DNA of 38,682 nucleotides from Salisapilia sapeloensis CBS 127946 (taxonomy: Eukaryota; Protista; Oomycota). Shown one piece after another: positions 21,201 through 30,982 of the stretch. The stretch covers positions 1 through 38,682 of the forward strand of contig JAADVB010000182.1 in the NCBI GenBank assembly GCA_023334545.1, given 5' to 3'. Every line of letters starts with the position of its first letter. Position 1 is the stretch's first letter. Under the pieces are notes generated by a model. The model made no database searches and was not told the DNA's origin. It worked only from the letters and a program-made list of their open reading frames with translations. The position numbers were made by a program, and so were the translations under genes.

Positions 21201-21913
21201 CACTTAGCTTCATGGCGACACCAAAGTCTGCTAGTTTCACCAGTCCGTCTTTTGTCGTGAGGATGTTGGCGCCTTTGATGTCTCGATGGATGACACCTTG
21301 CTCGTGCAAGTAGGCGAGACCTCGAAGGACCTGGGTGATGTACATGGCCACCAACGTCTCGGACAAGGCTCCAAACTTTTTTAAGAACTGTGCTAAAGAG
21401 CCATTTTCCATGTACTCCAGGACAATATACAGTGACTGCGGTGTCTTAATCGTGTCAAAGTACTTGACAATGTTCTCGTGATTCAATTTGCGCAGTAGAC
21501 TGATCTCGCTCTAGTTACCAGTCGCACATGAGTCTCACACGAACGGTAGGATAAAACAGACTCGTCATAGACGACTTACTTCAATGGAGACGAGGCCTTC
21601 TTTGCCAATGTTATGAAGAGACACTTGCTTGATCGCGACGGATCTCCCATTGCGTAGGTCGAGCGCCGAGTGGACGACGCCAAAGCCGCCGCGGCCAATT
21701 TCTGCGCCAAGTTGCTATCATGTATAGTAGATGATAGGAGTGAGTATGTGGATTGTCAATTTCAGAGAATTTACAACTCGAAATTTTGAGTCGTACGTAT
21801 CGATCGCCGACAAAGCGCGAAGTGTCGTCCAGCATCTTCTGCCGCACACCTACAGTAGGCGGACTTGTGGTAAGGCTCGCTCCGGAAGTCGACTGGTCGG
21901 TCGTGCCGGTCAT
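18250..21913 (-). CDS. STE-group protein kinase, Cdc15/Cdc7(S. pombe)/SepA/MAP3K-epsilon type, with C-terminal ARM/HEAT-like region (about 1170 aa)
   Basis: Minus-strand exons 21913..21797 (alternative ATG at 21835), 21714..21580 and 21510..18250; introns of 82 and 69 nt. Splicing restores VGDRY|QLGAEIGRGGFG...VAIKQV...SIE|SEISLLRKLNHENIVKY, followed by HRDIKGANIL, DFG and GSPYWMAPE. A long helical-repeat C-terminus is typical of this family. Confidence 0.92.
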
Positions 21914-23292
21914 CGGATCACCCACTACGCCTCTTCGGTGGGATGTTCCTCGACTGGTGCTACCGTTCGGATGGCTTATGTCGAACTGAGGAAGAGCGCT
22001 TTCATAAATTTCACCGATTTCACCTCCGTTCACTATACCCTGCTGTCTGACTTTTCAAGGATATGTTTAGCATCGAAATTTTTGAAAAAAAACGGCGATG
22101 GGCTGTCAGCGCTTCAAGCGGGTTCTAGCTTGGTTATAGGTCATAGCTGCAGGTCAAATCGAACCTGCTTACGGTCTGTAGAGAGCGATTGGAGACCGTG
22201 GGGCATGAAGGGACTAATTATACTCTACTATCCGTGTCGTTTCCACATATCATGTCGTGATGGACGCATGGGAATTCTATTCCAGTGGATTACTCGATTA
22301 GATGTGTAGCTACTCTGCTGGTTAAATAACCAGGAATTAATTGGGAGCGCCTGATATTGCGTGTGTGTTGATCACGCGAGCGGGGCTGATCTACTGCGAA
22401 TACATGAAGTAGAAGCTGTGCGCGAATGGATGGATGCCACGCACCCAGATGGTACACGATAGAGCATGGTACTGCTGCACTCATCAATGTGGACGCTAAG
22501 ACCTGTGATTGGAAATTGATATCTGGAGCTATTGTTTGTAGCTTAAATAGGGTATATGACGTGGTTCGGTACTTGTAGTATCGCCATGATAATGGTGTAG
22601 AGCAATTATCCACTCTGTAAGGATATCTGGAGTCCGTCATCAGTACGAAGCAAGCGTTGGACTATACGATCTAGCTCATTTACAAGTGAAGCGTAGCATA
22701 AATCTGCTCTTTACGAATGAAGTTACCGTGTAAAAACCTTGCTTAAAGCAAGTACCATCATTGCTTTGATCGTAAAATATATCATAGCTTTTCATTACGC
22801 ATATGGTATCGTCTACATTATCTATTTCTGTCTCTGCTTGACAAGTGCAGTTCATGTCTGCCCTATTGCCTCTGCGATCAATTGATGTTTGGTCTATCCT
22901 ACCTCAAAACGTACTCTCACGATAGATACTTGTCATTTATCCCTCAACAGTACAAAGTACATGTTACGACCGCCCCAGATATTTATTTATTTAGTATGTA
23001 TTCTATGCATTTAAGTTGCTAGGCAGCACGATTTCCGGATTCAGCGTACTCTTTTAGCTTCTGCATTGTGGAAACCAAGGCAACCCATAGCGAGCATCGT
23101 CGTTCTAGATAGCATCCATTGTCCAATATTTTCCAGTATCAAACGTGAAAGGTTGAGACGAGGTATCCAAAAGCTTCCCAACGAGATCCTCTCAAAGTAA
23201 ATTTCCGGAGCGTTAACAAGAAAGCTTCCTGGTCCATAACATACCATCGAAAAAACAGCTCTATGAGCTATTATTTCTTTGGACTTTTCTAA

Positions 23293-23769
23293 ATGGCAAA
23301 GAAGAAGAGCTGCATCAGTTGCACCGCCCTGTACCGTTGCAACCGACTGCGAAAAGCTCCTTGTGGCCACTGGTACTGCCCAGACTGCATCCAGCGCATG
23401 TCTCGCCTAGCATTGCTGGATCGAGCGCTTGTTCCAATCAGGTGCTGTGGCAAAGAACTCCCAATCGACTACGTAGAAGAGGCTCTATCGCCTACGAGCG
23501 ATTACCAAAAGTACCTCGAATTTCTCGGAGATAAAGACTGGAAGTCGTCGGATCTCACATCGGACGCAGAATACGCAGATGCAGTCAAGAACGACGGGGC
23601 GAAGCAATGCCCTGGCTGTGGCATCGGTGTTTTACGCATCGACGGGTGCATTCACATGACTTGTCCCCACGGTCACCAGTTCTGCTATACATGCTTGAAA
23701 GTATGGCAAACATGTAGCTGTCCCAATCTTCCGGACGAAGAAGTCATGAGAGCGCTAGGCGAAATCTAA
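23293..23769 (+). CDS. Minimal RBR-like E3 ubiquitin ligase: RING1 + RING2/Rcat with no recognisable IBR (158 aa)
   Basis: RING1 CISC..PCGHWYCPDC..IRCC; RING2 KQCPGC..DGCIHMTC..HQFCYTC..WQTCSC. Only about 54 residues, containing no Cys, separate the two. Confidence 0.85.
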   Translation: MAKKKSCISCTALYRCNRLRKAPCGHWYCPDCIQRMSRLALLDRALVPIRCCGKELPIDYVEEALSPTSDYQKYLEFLGDKDWKSSDLTSDAEYADAVKNDGAKQCPGCGIGVLRIDGCIHMTCPHGHQFCYTCLKVWQTCSCPNLPDEEVMRALGEI

Positions 23770-24014
23770 GGATGTAGGGCATCTTAATTGATGAGGTTTT
23801 ATGACTGAGTGTCGACGTAGCGTTGATAATTTACGTAGTAAAAACCCAATTGAAAGAGATAAATGTGTTCGTAGTATGGATTTATGGTTCAATGATGCTA
23901 TTTAACTTTGCTTTCTTGCATGTTGGTTTAGAAAACGAGAACTTTCTTTGGAATTGCCGAAATTGTTCTCGGTTTGTCAGTTCTTATAATTCCTGCAACG
24001 ACAGAGAGCCCAAG

Positions 24015-24719
24015 ATGGATCAATGTGAAGCACTTCCTCCATGCGAAGACTTCGAAGAGAAGGCCATGCTTCCCGTCGAAGGATACTGCGCTGAGAAGGA
24101 TGAGCTCTTCGCGATGATGATGTATAAGAAGGAGGAGAGTGACGCCAAACAGAGCACGCTCGACGAAGCAATCGCTCGAAGTCTTTACGAAGAAGAAGAG
24201 AGAAGCTTGTTGTTCGCTACTACTCCAGAAGACCGTCTAGAAGGTGAAGTGTATGAGGATGGATATGAAATAGTGGAGACAAAGGCTCCACCACAATGCA
24301 CTTGCTGTTTGGAAGGGATCACGGATGCGAATACACGCCGCATCCTCCCGTGTGGGCACATGTACTGCATCAAATGCATCCAGACACGATGCAAGATCGG
24401 TCTCCGCGACCGATCTGTGCTCCCAGCACATTGCTGCAAAGTCGAATTTCCCATCGATTTTGTTCGTCAAGCGCTCACTGCGCAAGAGACTCGAACGTAC
24501 GAGCAATATATGATGGAGAAAAACTGGAAGACGTTTGACCTGCAGTCGGACAAGCGATATGCGGAAACAGTAAAGCGTCAAGGTGGACAGCAATGTCCAG
24601 GTTGTGGGATCGGTGTGCAGCGAGAAAGTGGGTGTAACCGCATGCGGTGCTTCAACGGGCACGAATTTTGCTATCAATGCACTCGGAAGTGGAAGACTTG
24701 CACTTGTCCATACAATTAG
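24015..24719 (+). CDS. RBR-like E3 paralog with N-terminal UIM/MIU-like helices, RING1 and RING2/Rcat, no IBR (234 aa)
   Basis: ATG at 24015; the track start at 23823 is a TTG with AT-rich, non-coding-looking upstream sequence. RING1 CTCC..PCGHMYCIKC..AHCC; RING2 QCPGC..SGCNRMRC..HEFCYQC..WKTCTC; LDEAIARSLYEEEE motif. Confidence 0.85.
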   Translation: MDQCEALPPCEDFEEKAMLPVEGYCAEKDELFAMMMYKKEESDAKQSTLDEAIARSLYEEEERSLLFATTPEDRLEGEVYEDGYEIVETKAPPQCTCCLEGITDANTRRILPCGHMYCIKCIQTRCKIGLRDRSVLPAHCCKVEFPIDFVRQALTAQETRTYEQYMMEKNWKTFDLQSDKRYAETVKRQGGQQCPGCGIGVQRESGCNRMRCFNGHEFCYQCTRKWKTCTCPYN

Positions 24720-25053
24720 CGCACGGGTGGCAATTTTTGGCTTTTTCACAGCCCAAGAGGAGCAATCGATGCTGCGAAAAGGACGTAGCAAGTTTGAGTA
24801 CAACACGAAGCTGAGTTAGTCAATGGATTTGATATTTGTTTGATTGAGAGGCAACCAGTGTGCGTAACTTGCTTCAAATATCAATGTTTTTTAATTTTCA
24901 CAAGGCTCTACTGCATACAGCGAGCTGGTACACGCCAAGCATTTACAACTCGCCAGGTTCCAATATCGACCACAGTAAGCTTAACACTTCAAATACACTC
25001 GCAAATATTTTTCTTTGTTTATTTATACTTTAAAATTAGAGCACATACAACAA

Positions 25054-25125
25054 GCCTCTGTGGCTCAGTGGTAGAGCATCTGTCTTGTAAACAGAAGGTC
25101 CCCGGTTCAATCCCGGGCGGAGGCA
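25054..25125 (+). tRNA. trnT-UGU: tRNA-Thr (anticodon UGU), intronless, 72 nt
   Basis: Acceptor stem GCCTCTG/CGGAGGC plus discriminator A. A-box TGGCTCAGTGG. Anticodon arm TCTGT-CTTGTAA-ACAGA with TGT at 25086..25088. T arm CCCGG-TTCAATC-CCGGG. Confidence 0.97.
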
Positions 25126-25129
25126 TTCC

Positions 25130-25135
25130 TTTTTT
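25130..25135 (+). terminator. RNA polymerase III oligo-T terminator
   Basis: Run of six T beginning 5 nt after the tRNA discriminator. Confidence 0.75.
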
Positions 25136-26006
25136 GGTTTTGACAGGTAGATTATTTTGTACCTGCTTGCAAGGCCGAGTAGTGGAGAACCGGGTACCAC
25201 CCGAGGTAGGCTCTACTGCGATACCTCAAAGTTTAATTTCATTATTCTTGCCAGTACGGTCTAAATATGTCTTTCCTAATGAGACGAGTAAAAAAAGTCT
25301 GATGCAAAGTTGCGATGCCAAAGACGACAAAGTATCGTCGTTTAGTTGGTACAAACAGACTGAGCCAGAGCTACCTTGGAAAAAAATGCAAGCACTCAAA
25401 AGTCATAAAGATCTAGAAAATGACCAAGAAAGTTCTTTATCAAGGCCAAGACGCAGCAAAGAGTGCTAGGTTTCCATACGAGATCGCGATGAAGATCTCA
25501 ATCGTCCAAAATTTTTGTTATTGCATGTGAGAAGGGGTGCAGGATGATGAGAACCGACTAGGATTGCACGTATGGTGCACGATAAGCGATTGTCTTGTTA
25601 GAGGCAGATATACTATTCGACCTTCGCAATCCATTAAATAAAGTAGTTGCTATACTGAATACGGTGGCAGCAAAACGGATCCTTTTGTGACTGTCCGTCT
25701 AGCGCAGACAAAGATGGTCAGTAGGATAAGAGATGTTCGGTTAGTCATCCTCGAGATCCCTAGCCTCTATCACATCCAATCACACTCGATCTCAATGGAA
25801 ACTACAGTACTAGCCAAAGCAAAATCTATCTCAAACCAATCGTACCATGAGCGTAATGCAAGAACACTGTACAACGAGTACGAACTATTGTAGCGAGCTG
25901 TACACGATCTATCTTCCTAACTCGGTCACTTTGCTTGCCCTACCCAAGAACAGCATCCTGAAAGATACCTTTGTTTGATTCGCTAAAAAATTAATCTCAC
26001 AGCGCG

Positions 26007-26016
26007 GATTGGCTGA
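26007..26016 (-). promoter_or_regulatory. CCAAT box
   Basis: GATTGGCTGA is the exact reverse complement of the TCAGCCAATC at 3719 and lies about 120 nt upstream of ATG 26137. Confidence 0.45.
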
Positions 26017-26136
26017 ATCACTGTATGCTATCAGTATGGACCTTCCTTGACTAGGTTAAAGTATAAGAATCATTTCCTTCGTTCCGTATCGGGAACAGAA
26101 GCCAATTCCCGCTATAAAGACATTCAGCTAGTCGAT

Positions 26137-26865
26137 ATGGGCGCAGCATTATGTACCTGTGGCGAATCGGACAACACGACGCCGTATTTGCCTCGAAAGC
26201 AACCTCGCAAACTAACACTGACGACCAAGTACCACTACGCGACTCGGGCGAGTCACACACAACGGACGCTCGAGCTGTCGGAAGGCACGAGTGACCACGA
26301 CTTCTTCCCAGCTCCTCTACAGACACTCTTAGCTCCTATTTTAGGCGAACCAGTCCAATCGACCACGGATGCTTTCCGTGCAAAGCTAAAGGAACCATCG
26401 ATGAGTCCTCGCAGCAAACTAACATGGATGCATTCACGACAGACGACTCTCCCATTATCCGGTAGCGATGAACTACCGACTTTTTTGGAAGAGTCCGAGC
26501 CCGAGTCGGATGACCAGTGTCTCTCGGAAACGACCCACACGCCAGAAGAGCTGATAGAACCAGTGGACGACGCTGTATTGGAAGAGAAAGCGAAACGAAG
26601 ACATAGTGTCATCGTCCCACCAGGTCCATGTGGACTCATCCTCCAAGTGAACGATAGTCAGCAAGGTCCTCCCGTCGTCGAAGGCTTTGTCAGTCGAGTG
26701 GATGGTCGAAAAGGAACGATTGAAAATAGCGGCATCGTCCGTCGAGGCAGTTTGCTAAGTAGTATCGACGGTCAGGACGTATCGACGTTGCGACACGACC
26801 AGGTGATCCAAACGCTGAATGCGACCATGCACCGCGAGCGTGAGTTGGCCTTCCTGGACCCTTAA
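26137..26865 (+). CDS. PDZ-domain protein with predicted N-terminal myristoylation/palmitoylation (242 aa)
   Basis: ATG at 26137 gives MGAALCTC; the track start at 26047 is a TTG. The C-terminal VPPGPCGLILQ...VVEGF...VRRGSLLSSIDGQDV..LRHDQVIQTL...LAF is a PDZ signature. Confidence 0.82.
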   Translation: MGAALCTCGESDNTTPYLPRKQPRKLTLTTKYHYATRASHTQRTLELSEGTSDHDFFPAPLQTLLAPILGEPVQSTTDAFRAKLKEPSMSPRSKLTWMHSRQTTLPLSGSDELPTFLEESEPESDDQCLSETTHTPEELIEPVDDAVLEEKAKRRHSVIVPPGPCGLILQVNDSQQGPPVVEGFVSRVDGRKGTIENSGIVRRGSLLSSIDGQDVSTLRHDQVIQTLNATMHRERELAFLDP

Positions 26866-26956
26866 ACCTCCCATGGTGCCAATTCTGCTCTAACCAAGAC
26901 ACTATTATGCGATAATTGTTCAAAAGAAACCAATTTCTCTTTCTAGAAGACTCCAG

Positions 26957-29541
26957 CTACTTTTTCTCTTGCTCGGCATGTCCCCACGCTTCCTCCACAA
27001 ACTCTGTATACGTCGCATTGCCACCGTACGGACGAGGTCCGAGGACTCGAACGATGTCTTCGTGATTGATCGTCTCGTTCTTCAAGAGCTCTTCGGCCAG
27101 CTCTTGCAACTCACTCTGTCGCTCGGACAAAAGCTGCTTCGTCCGGTCGTATGCCTCCTTGACGATCCCTTGCACCTCGGCATCCATCACCTCCGACGTC
27201 TTCTCACTATAAGGTTTCTCGGCATACGGGTTGCTCTCGTCCTTGGGGAAGGCGAGCTGACCGACCTTGTCGTTCATGCCGTAGAGCTGGACCATCGAGT
27301 ACGCGATCTGCGTCACGCGCCTCAAGTCGTCCGACGCACCAGTCGTGATGCGGCCGTCAAAGTTGATAAACTCCGACGCGCGACCGCCGAGTGCCATGCA
27401 CATCATGTCCACTAAGGCTTCTCGCGAGTGCAACGCCACTTCCTTGGGCAAGTACTGCGCATACCCGAGACTTCCCTTTCCTCTCGGGACGATTGTCACC
27501 TTGAGTAGCGGATCGGCGTGCTCCAAAAACCATCCGGCGACGGCATGTCCGGCTTCATGATACGCGACCGTCTTCTTTTCCTCTGGCGACATGAGTCGAT
27601 TGGTCTCGAGACCTCCGATCACTCGATCCGTCGCCTGCTCAAAGTCCTTAAAGTTGATCCGCTTGGCACTTCGTCGAGCTGCCACGATCGCTGCTTCATT
27701 ACAAATGTTCGCAATCTCAGCACCAGCAAAGCCTGGTGTCAATGCTGCCATTCGTTTCGCAAAGTCATCGACACTACCATCGAGATTCAATCCACTCAAA
27801 TGGACTTTGAAGATCTCACGACGCCCCTTAATGTCTGGCGTATCGACCGTGATTTGACGATCGAAACGACCTGGACGAAGGATAGCCTTGTCGAGAATGT
27901 CAGCACGGTTCGTACCGGCGAGGACGACGACACCTTCACTCGAGTTGAAGCCGTCCATTTCGACCAAGAGTTGATTTAGAGTGTTCTCGCGCTCGTCGTT
28001 GCCGCCAGAGAACTGACCTTTGCTACGCGAACGTGCGACGGCATCGATTTCATCGATGAACACGATGCACGGAGCGTTCGCACGCGCTTCTTTGAACAAA
28101 TCACGCACACGCGACGGTCCGACACCGACGAACATCTCGATAAAGTCGGAACCAGAGATACTAAAGAAAGGAACGCTCGCCTCGCCTGCCGTTGCCTTCG
28201 CTAGGAGCGTCTTACCTGTACCTGGCGGACCGACAAGCAACGCACCCTTCGGGATCTTGGCACCAAGGTCCGTGAACCGCTTCTGATTGCGCAAAAAGTC
28301 GACAAACTCCATAATCTCTCGCTTGGCTTCGTCGACACCAGCGACGTCCTTGAACGTAATCTTGATGTCCTCCTTGGTGATCTTTTTCGCAGGCGACTTG
28401 CCGACCTTGAAGATGTTGCCCATACCACCGCCAGAGCCTCCGCCGCTCATACCACGCATGGACATGAGCAAGAGACCGATGAGAACGATGGTTGGTAGAA
28501 CCTTTAGCACTTCCGACCCGATGCTCATCTCGTTTGCGTACTGGACAGGGATGTAGTCTTTTGATCGGATACCCATTTGATACTGTGCGTGCTCCAACTG
28601 ACGCTCAAAGCTCTCGACGCTGCCAATGTTGAAGTAGTAGGAAGGGTCTTTACTCTCCTTCTTGGCAGTAGGTGGCGGCGTGGTGGTGGAGGACGACGGA
28701 GGTGTGTCGTAGCTGTAGGCGCCACTCGTGGCGTCGTACTGGGCTTGACGAGATCCAGCCGGGTGGCTCCAATTGTCACCAGTGCTCTCGACGGCGCCAC
28801 TGGCCGGCGTGCTGTCGTGCGTGTACACCTTGACGTACTTGTTGTTGACGACCACGAGCTTCTCGACACGTCCAGACTCGAGGAGACTATTGCGGAACTC
28901 TTGGTATGTGATCTCTTGCATAGGTTTGCTCATGGAGTCCATCTCCGAGAGGAAGAGAGCTCCGAGCGCTAGTGGAATGAGAAACATGAGCCCTTGGTTA
29001 TCATTTCCATTGCCACCGCTACCAGAAGGCTTCTGTCCGCCAGACTTCTTCTGACTGTTCTTGCTACTAAACGTCTTTTTGTCTCCAGACGATTTACCCG
29101 AAGGTTTTTCCTTTGCTCCTGCTTCCTTGGCGCCATTTTCAACTTCTTTTGGGAAAAATCGACCGAATCCCTTTGGAACTTTGTCCGACATCCATTTAAT
29201 CCACGACGTCGCGGCTTGCGGTTCTTCCATTCGACGGACTAGAGCATCATTAAGGACATTTTCTCTACTTGCATGATAATGGAGAGACGTACAGTGATTG
29301 TAACGGACACCATGGACGCGGCTAATCATTGGAGTGAGGTCATTCAATGCTTGTGCGCGATTCCCACGTTGCACCGTACTGCCCATTTGCTACAAGATCC
29401 GATACAATGTAAGTATACTGCATGAGAGTAGATGATACAAAGCAGACACACCTGCTGCATCCTTTGGAAGCGATGAGCAGTGCTCGGGTAGCGCAACGTC
29501 GCCGCTGCATTAACCTGGAGTCGTCTAGACGACGACAACAT
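26957..29541 (-). CDS. AFG3: Mitochondrial m-AAA metalloprotease, AFG3/paraplegin (FtsH family), about 840 aa
   Basis: Exons 29541..29452 and 29389..26957 with a 62-nt intron. Exon 1 adds an Arg/Ser-rich transit peptide ([18 protein letters not shown]...). Two TM helices, Walker A GPPGTGKT, pore loop FVGVG, Walker [20 protein letters not shown] and Zn motif HEAGH. Confidence 0.95.
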
Positions 29542-29828
29542 GTTCTTCTTCTTGCTGTCGTAGCTCTTGTATCTTTTCCAACAACTTCAGTCGTCTTAAC
29601 TTTTCCTGCCCATACAAACCTCCCGTCCAAGTCATAACGGAAAGTATCTGAAACTAACGGCTACACACATTGTAATTCCGCCCGCTTCCAACCACAAATG
29701 TTGACAAGGCAGTTGGAGCAGCATACCTTCGTACGACCTTGCGCATCACTGGACCACAAGCGTCGACATGGAGAGGACAAATCAACTCATAAAGGAGCTT
29801 TCGATCTTCCGGAAAGAACTGATAAATA

Positions 29829-30593
29829 ATGGCTGAACGTGGTGGTTTCGGACGTGGTCGCGGTGGCCGTGGTGGCCGTGGTGGCCGAGGACGTGGACGT
29901 GGCCGTGGCCGCGGGGAATCCAAGGAATGGGTCCCTGTGACCAAGCTCGGACGTCTGGTAAAGGAAGGCAAGATTGGCTCGCTCGAGGAGATTTACCTCT
30001 TCTCGCTCCCGATCAAGGAGTGCGAGATCGTCAACCACTTCCTCGAGGCTTCCCTCAAGGATGAGGTCATGAAAATCATGCCGGTCCAGAAGCAGACGAC
30101 AGCCGGACAGCGTACGCGTTTCAAGGCCTTCGTTGCTGTCGGTGACAACAACGGCCACATTGGTCTCGGTGTCAAGTGTGCCGCTGAAGTTGCCACGGCC
30201 ATCCGTGGTGCCATCATTCTCGCCAAGATCTCTCTTGTCCCGGTTCGCCGTGGTTTCTGGGGACGAATGGTCGGTCTTCCTCACACCGTCCCGAACAAGG
30301 TGACGGGCAAGTGTGGTTCCGTGAGCGTGCGTCTCATCCCTGCCCCGCGTGGTACGGGTCTGTGTGCCGCCCCTGCCCCGCGTAAGCTTTTGGGTATGGC
30401 TGGTATCCAGGACTGCTACACGAGCTCCCGTGGTCACACGCGTACGCTCGGTAACTTCGTCAAGGCTACGTTCTACGCTCTCCGTAAGACGTACCAGTAC
30501 TTGACGCCGGACCTCTGGGAGCAGCACGCGTTCACGGTGTCTCCGTACCAGGAGCACACGGACTTTTTGGCCAAGACCACGGTCAAGAAGTAA
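29829..30593 (+). CDS. RPS2: 40S ribosomal protein S2 (uS5), 254 aa
   Basis: N-terminal RGG repeats, [23 protein letters not shown] and [11 protein letters not shown]; strong codon bias. Confidence 0.98.
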   Translation: MAERGGFGRGRGGRGGRGGRGRGRGRGRGESKEWVPVTKLGRLVKEGKIGSLEEIYLFSLPIKECEIVNHFLEASLKDEVMKIMPVQKQTTAGQRTRFKAFVAVGDNNGHIGLGVKCAAEVATAIRGAIILAKISLVPVRRGFWGRMVGLPHTVPNKVTGKCGSVSVRLIPAPRGTGLCAAPAPRKLLGMAGIQDCYTSSRGHTRTLGNFVKATFYALRKTYQYLTPDLWEQHAFTVSPYQEHTDFLAKTTVKK

Positions 30594-30881
30594 GTTTTTT
30601 CGGGGTTTACAAGTTTTCCAGCGACTGGGGTGGGGATAGCGTTCGGACGAGGATGGACTGGTGGAACGATATGGATAACGCTGCGGCGCGTAGGCTTGCT
30701 GACCTCACTGCATAGGAAAACGTAGACGGGAAAAATACAACGGAAGAAATTCAGCTCTCTATTCTTTTGTTCTATCGAGTTGCTCCAAGGTCGTAGTTGT
30801 CTCACTTTCGAGAATGGTCGACGCTCGAGAAGGTCGCGCGTAGGAGCCAGTGACAGGCCAGATATCAGTCGAAGGACAGAT

Positions 30882-30889
30882 GATTGGCT
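30882..30889 (-). promoter_or_regulatory. CCAAT box
   Basis: GATTGGCT (reverse AGCCAATC) lies about 100 nt upstream of ATG 30983. Confidence 0.4.
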
Positions 30890-30982
30890 AGCGAGGATAG
30901 CCGACTTTTTTCAGTCGCTTGAGCTTGAAGCTGCCAGAATTGATTTTGCGCGCAAGTAGAAGCTGGACGAAGTAACGGACGA

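Noticed and set aside
21611-22309. ORFs 21731..22309 (+) and 21611..22033 (-)
   Set aside because: Both use non-ATG starts. The minus ORF is kinase exon 1 read through its intron; the plus ORF is its antisense shadow.
24840-25469. 209-aa ORF spanning the tRNA
   Set aside because: Starts at TTG, runs through a perfect tRNA and its terminator, and has AT-rich non-coding composition.
25544-25658. Possible C/D-box snoRNA (ATGATGA...CTGA)
   Set aside because: No terminal stem and no recognisable rRNA-complementary guide.
3833-26136. TTG/GTG starts in the ORF track (3833, 8006, 12164, 23823, 26047)
   Set aside because: This is a eukaryotic locus, and downstream ATGs are supported by paralog alignment or targeting motifs.
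26969-29276. Many 70-150 aa plus-strand ORFs antisense to AFG3, and similar ones antisense to the kinase (18920..21166)
   Set aside because: They lie in mirror frames of clearly conserved genes and have no independent coding signal.
29787-30557. 256-aa antisense ORF over RPS2
   Set aside because: Shadow ORF produced by strong codon bias in a highly expressed gene; no recognisable motifs.
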